DNA of 62,214 nucleotides from contig JBQTHQ010000073.1 of the NCBI GenBank assembly GCA_052389695.1, positions 1 to 62,214 of the forward strand, given 5' to 3'. This document shows positions 58,599 to 62,214 of this stretch, in pieces. A model generated the notes under the pieces. It saw nothing but the letters and a program-made list of their open reading frames with translations, made no database searches and had not been told where the DNA came from. The translations under genes were made by a program, and so were the position numbers. The stretch's first letter is position 1. Each line of letters opens with the position of its first letter. Origin of the DNA: Bacteroidota bacterium. Lineage in GTDB: Bacteria; Bacteroidota; Bacteroidia; 2-12-FULL-35-15.

Positions 58599-58686
58599 AA
58601 TAAGACTTGGTTTTTATGAGTTTGCATAAGTGAACGAAATAAAAACCTTAGTCGACGCCAAAGGCGGGATATCAATACTAAATCTA

Positions 58687-59724
58687 ATGAACAAAAAAGG
58701 GCTTTATTGGATCTGTCAGTTGGGAGGCTGGTTATTTTTTGTTTTGCTTCAGAGTTTATTCTTTAAATTAAGTAATGCGTTTAATACCAATGTTGCTATC
58801 AGCCAGTTCATTCTTTTCATTTTTGGTATTGCAATTTCACATCTTTACCGTGATGTGATCATCAAATTAAACTGGTTAAAGCTCACCGCCTTACAACTGA
58901 TTCCACGTGTAATTATTGCCACCATTTTATTTGCCACTTTGCTCGAATATTCACAATATGGTGTGGAGCTGCTTTTAAATATCTCAGGAAATAAACACAT
59001 CGACACAGTAAATGTGGTAACCAATATTTTAAATCTTGCATTTTTATTTTTCTTCTGGTCCCTGATCTATTTCCTTTTTCATTATATCGAAAATTATAAA
59101 AAAGCTGAAATCGCGAATCTAAAATGGGAAGCTTCTATCAATGAAATTGAATTGAATAAATTAAAATCACAGCTCAATCCCCATTTTATGTTCAATGCTA
59201 TGAACAGTATCAGGGCCCTGGTGGATGAAAATCCGGGTAAATCAAAAGATGCCATCACGCAGCTTTCCAATATTTTGCGGACTACCTTGCAAATGGGGAA
59301 AAATAAAGTGATTGATTTTGATGAAGAATTAAAAGTAGTAGCTGATTATTTGGCATTGGAATCCGTTCGTTATGAAGAGCGATTAAAAACATCAATGCAA
59401 ATAGATTCGCAAAGTAAAAATTTTCAGGTGCCTCCCCTGATGATCCAAACGCTGGTTGAAAATGGAATTAAACATGGAATCTCAAAATTAACGCAAGGAG
59501 GCATATTGGAAATTAAAACTACTGTTGAAAAGGATCTTTTAAAAATTTATATTCGCAATAGCGGTCAATTAAAAGACACGCAGAGTGATAGCGGATTTGG
59601 AATAAAAAACACTTTGCAGCGTTTGCAGTTATTATATGGAAAAGCAGCGTCATTAAAAATCAGCAACCAGGATGGAACAACCGTTCTAACTGAATTAATA
59701 ATTCCTAAAAATGTAATTCTATGA
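58687..59724 (+). CDS. LytS/YehU-type sensor histidine kinase
   Basis: LKSQLNPHFMFN, PPLMIQTLVENGIKHG and GFGIKN; N-terminal TM helices. Confidence 0.93.
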   Translation: MNKKGLYWICQLGGWLFFVLLQSLFFKLSNAFNTNVAISQFILFIFGIAISHLYRDVIIKLNWLKLTALQLIPRVIIATILFATLLEYSQYGVELLLNISGNKHIDTVNVVTNILNLAFLFFFWSLIYFLFHYIENYKKAEIANLKWEASINEIELNKLKSQLNPHFMFNAMNSIRALVDENPGKSKDAITQLSNILRTTLQMGKNKVIDFDEELKVVADYLALESVRYEERLKTSMQIDSQSKNFQVPPLMIQTLVENGIKHGISKLTQGGILEIKTTVEKDLLKIYIRNSGQLKDTQSDSGFGIKNTLQRLQLLYGKAASLKISNQDGTTVLTELIIPKNVIL

Positions 59725-60443
59725 AAGCAATAATTATTGATGATGAGCGCTTAGCACGCGAAGAGATAAAAAAATTATTATCTGCTTATCCTGAAATTCA
59801 TGTTGTTGGTGAAGCGGCTAATGCTGACACCGCCATTGAAGCCATTAAACAATTAAAACCGGATGTATTATTTTTGGATATACAAATGCCTGGCAAAAGC
59901 GGATTTGATCTGCTGGAAGAGATCAGCGGTGTTCCTGATATTGTATTTGTTACCGCTTATGATGAGTATGCAATCCGTGCCTTTGAAGTAAACGCATTGG
60001 ATTACTTATTAAAACCAGTACAAGCCACCCGTTTGGCAGAAACTGTAAAAAAAATTCTGAATAAAGACAGTTCGGAAAAACAAGAAATAAAAGAACAAAC
60101 CCAGGCATTAAATGATAATGACCAGGTATTTGTAAAGGATGGAGAAAAATGCTGGTTTGTAAAATTAAGCGATATCCGTTTATTTGAATCGGAAGGAAAT
60201 TACGTGCGCGTACATTTTGAAAAAAACCGGCCTTTAATTTTGCGTTCATTGAATAATTTAGATGAGCGGCTTAACAATCGTACATTTTTTAGAGCCAGCC
60301 GTAAACACATCATTAATTTAAAATGGGTAGAAGGAATTGAGAATTGGTTCAATGGGGGATTAATGGTAAAATTAAAAGGAGGCGAACAAATAGAAATTTC
60401 CCGCAGGCAGGCTGCTAAGCTAAAGGATATGATGAGTTTGTAA
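59721..60443 (+). CDS. LytTR family response regulator
   Basis: IIDDE, FLDIQMP, VTAYD, DYLLKP and FFRASRKHIINL. Confidence 0.95.
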   Translation: MKAIIIDDERLAREEIKKLLSAYPEIHVVGEAANADTAIEAIKQLKPDVLFLDIQMPGKSGFDLLEEISGVPDIVFVTAYDEYAIRAFEVNALDYLLKPVQATRLAETVKKILNKDSSEKQEIKEQTQALNDNDQVFVKDGEKCWFVKLSDIRLFESEGNYVRVHFEKNRPLILRSLNNLDERLNNRTFFRASRKHIINLKWVEGIENWFNGGLMVKLKGGEQIEISRRQAAKLKDMMSL

Positions 60444-60576
60444 GGGTGTGCGACAAATTTTATTTTGATGCTTTTTCTTTGTGTTACTTTCTGTCTTCGC
60501 GCCTTAGTGGCTATATTTTTTTGCCACCAAGACACCAAATCACTAAGATTCACTAAGGGAAATTTGTCGTACACCG
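60444..60576. mobile_element. MITE-like element, copy 1
   Basis: TIRs GGTGTGCGACAAATTT / AAATTTGTCGTACACC (16 bp, 1 mismatch); inverted relative to copy 2. Confidence 0.72.
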
Positions 60577-60641
60577 TTTGTAAAAGGGAACATTATTTGC
60601 TTGTTAATTTTACTAATTTTACTGAAGTTTAAAAAACAACC

Positions 60642-61193
60642 ATGAAAACCTATTCGTTTCTTTCTATCATCACACTTGGGATAACTGTTATTTCCTGCAC
60701 CAATTCTAATATAGCTACTACAGGAGAGAAAACTGATTCTACCATAATCGTAAAAAAAGATAGTATAATTCCTATACCTAACACATTAACGCAAAAAACA
60801 GGAACTATCTCTCCTCAAACAACATTCACTACTACTTCAAAAAACAATCCTGAACCAACCAGAACCATTCAACCTGAACCGCCCTGCACCATGCCGCTTG
60901 TTCCGCGTTTTCCTGAAGGAGATCAGGCCATGCGTGATTTTATAGAAGAGCGCATGCAATATCCTGAAGCTGCCAGAAAAGCGAATATAAGCGGTACCGT
61001 ATTGATCGGAGTGCGGGTAAAAATAACCGGTGAGTTAACAGATATTAAAGTATTAAAAGGGATTGGTTATGGCTGTGATGAAGAAGCCGTGCGAATTGTA
61101 AAATTGATGCCAAAATGGGTTCCGGGAAAATCAGGTAATAAATCTGTGGAAGCAGATACTCAGATTCCTGTAGACTTTAAAATGATAAAGTAA
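60642..61193 (+). CDS. TonB C-terminal domain protein with lipoprotein-like signal
   Basis: PRFPEGDQAM...YPEAA...G.V...GIGYGCDEEAVRIVKLMPKWVPG; N-terminal VISC. Confidence 0.85.
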   Translation: MKTYSFLSIITLGITVISCTNSNIATTGEKTDSTIIVKKDSIIPIPNTLTQKTGTISPQTTFTTTSKNNPEPTRTIQPEPPCTMPLVPRFPEGDQAMRDFIEERMQYPEAARKANISGTVLIGVRVKITGELTDIKVLKGIGYGCDEEAVRIVKLMPKWVPGKSGNKSVEADTQIPVDFKMIK

Positions 61194-61196
61194 TTA

Positions 61197-61328
61197 GGGT
61201 GTACGACAAAAATCCCTTTGTGAACCTTTGTGCCTTTGAGACTTAGTGGCAAAAGATATGGCCACAAAGGCGCGAAGACAGAAAGTAACACAAAGAAAAA
61301 ATTAAAAAGGAAAAATTATCGCACACCC
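61197..61328. mobile_element. MITE-like element, copy 2
   Basis: GGGTGTACGACAAA ... ATTATCGCACACCC; 34-bp exact reverse-complement match to copy 1. Confidence 0.72.
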
Positions 61329-61333
61329 AGTTA

Positions 61334-62101
61334 TTACAACTCCTTCGCTTTATTCCAATATACATCCATTTCCGCAAGGGTCATATCACTTAATTGTTTA
61401 CCGGCTTTTGTTGCTTCGCTTTCCAGGTATTGAAATCGTTTTATGAATTTTTTATTTGTTTTTTCCAATGCGTCTTCGGGATTAATATCCACAAAACGGG
61501 CATAGTTAATAAGTGAAAATAAAACATCCCCGAACTCTCCTTCTACTTTTTCTTTGGGGGCATTTTTATCTATTTCATGTTTTAATTCTTTTATTTCCTC
61601 CTGCACTTTTTCCCAAACCTGCCCGGGTTTTTCCCAATCGAAACCCACTGCACGGGCCTTTTCCTGAATTCGGGATGCTTTTACCAATGAGGGCAGTGAT
61701 ACAGGAACCCCTGACAGAACTGATTTATTGCCTTCCTTTAATTTTAATTTTTCCCAATTTTCTTTCACGTCATTTTCGTTCTCTACTTTTACATCGCTAT
61801 AAATATGCGGATGGCGGTGTATCAATTTATCGCATAATGAATTGATCACATCTGCAATAGTAAACTCATTGGTCTCGGATGCAATGCGGGCATAAAAAAC
61901 AACGTGCAATAAAATATCACCCAGTTCTTTTTTTATATTGGACATATCCTTTTCTATAATGGCATCCGCCAGTTCATACATCTCTTCAATTGTTAAATGC
62001 CGCAAACTTTCAATTGTTTGTTTTTTGTCCCAAGGGCATTTTTCACGTAATTCATCCATAATAATCAGCAAACGTTCAAATGCTTTTAATTTTTCTTCCA
62101 T
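61334..62101 (-). CDS. mazG: Nucleoside triphosphate pyrophosphohydrolase MazG
   Basis: CPWD, IEEMYE, ELGDILL, KLIHRHPH, GFDW and EFGDVLFS. Confidence 0.96.
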   Translation of the reverse strand: MEEKLKAFERLLIIMDELREKCPWDKKQTIESLRHLTIEEMYELADAIIEKDMSNIKKELGDILLHVVFYARIASETNEFTIADVINSLCDKLIHRHPHIYSDVKVENENDVKENWEKLKLKEGNKSVLSGVPVSLPSLVKASRIQEKARAVGFDWEKPGQVWEKVQEEIKELKHEIDKNAPKEKVEGEFGDVLFSLINYARFVDINPEDALEKTNKKFIKRFQYLESEATKAGKQLSDMTLAEMDVYWNKAKEL

Positions 62102-62214
62102 TTATTTCAGCTTTTCACAAATGTAGTGTTAATACCGATAGCGCATTTGTAATTATTTGATTTCATCAGCCTAACAACTGCTGCATCGGCATTACAATAA
62201 ATGATTAGTACAAT

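Noticed and set aside
60200-61433. ORFs 60200..60574 and 61230..61433
   Set aside because: They begin inside MITE-like repeats and overlap real genes antisense; no recognisable domains.
28960-62101. Two MazG-family genes as anti-phage effectors
   Set aside because: Both resemble housekeeping YpjD-like and MazG proteins, lie in core-gene contexts, and have no defence partners.

Overview
A 62-kb chromosomal window from an AT-rich Bacteroidota genome. Support for this assignment: TAnnTTTG -7 promoters, T9SS C-terminal domains, a GldM homologue, and rpsF-rpsR-rplI without ssb. Most genes are housekeeping: holA, dnaK, panB, rluA-like, arfB, priA, pfkA, dnaX, rpsF/rpsR/rplI, an S41 protease, mazG and a cyclophilin. 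Secreted T9SS cargo is also present (tandem S8 proteases, a SprB-repeat protein). I found no rRNA, tRNA, CRISPR, integrase or transposase. Most interesting observations: (1) A Sia-like phospho-switch (PP2C phosphatase, SiaB, SiaC with Thr68) lacking the SiaD cyclase, next to an uncharacterised unit of lipoprotein, secreted protein and TerB/FHA-like-fused ABCG-type transporter. (2) Several families of short palindromic or heptamer repeats, three of them inserted in frame in priA and a 7TM-HD gene. (3) An A10-TGA slippage site in dnaX. (4) Two inverted MITE-like copies bracketing a TonB-domain lipoprotein gene. (5) A candidate LytTR-controlled small RNA. (6) A sigma54-like dnaK promoter and several leaderless-type starts. 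(7) Two single-base frameshifts (ParE toxin, beta-barrel gene). All calls come from motif recognition by eye; no database searches were run.
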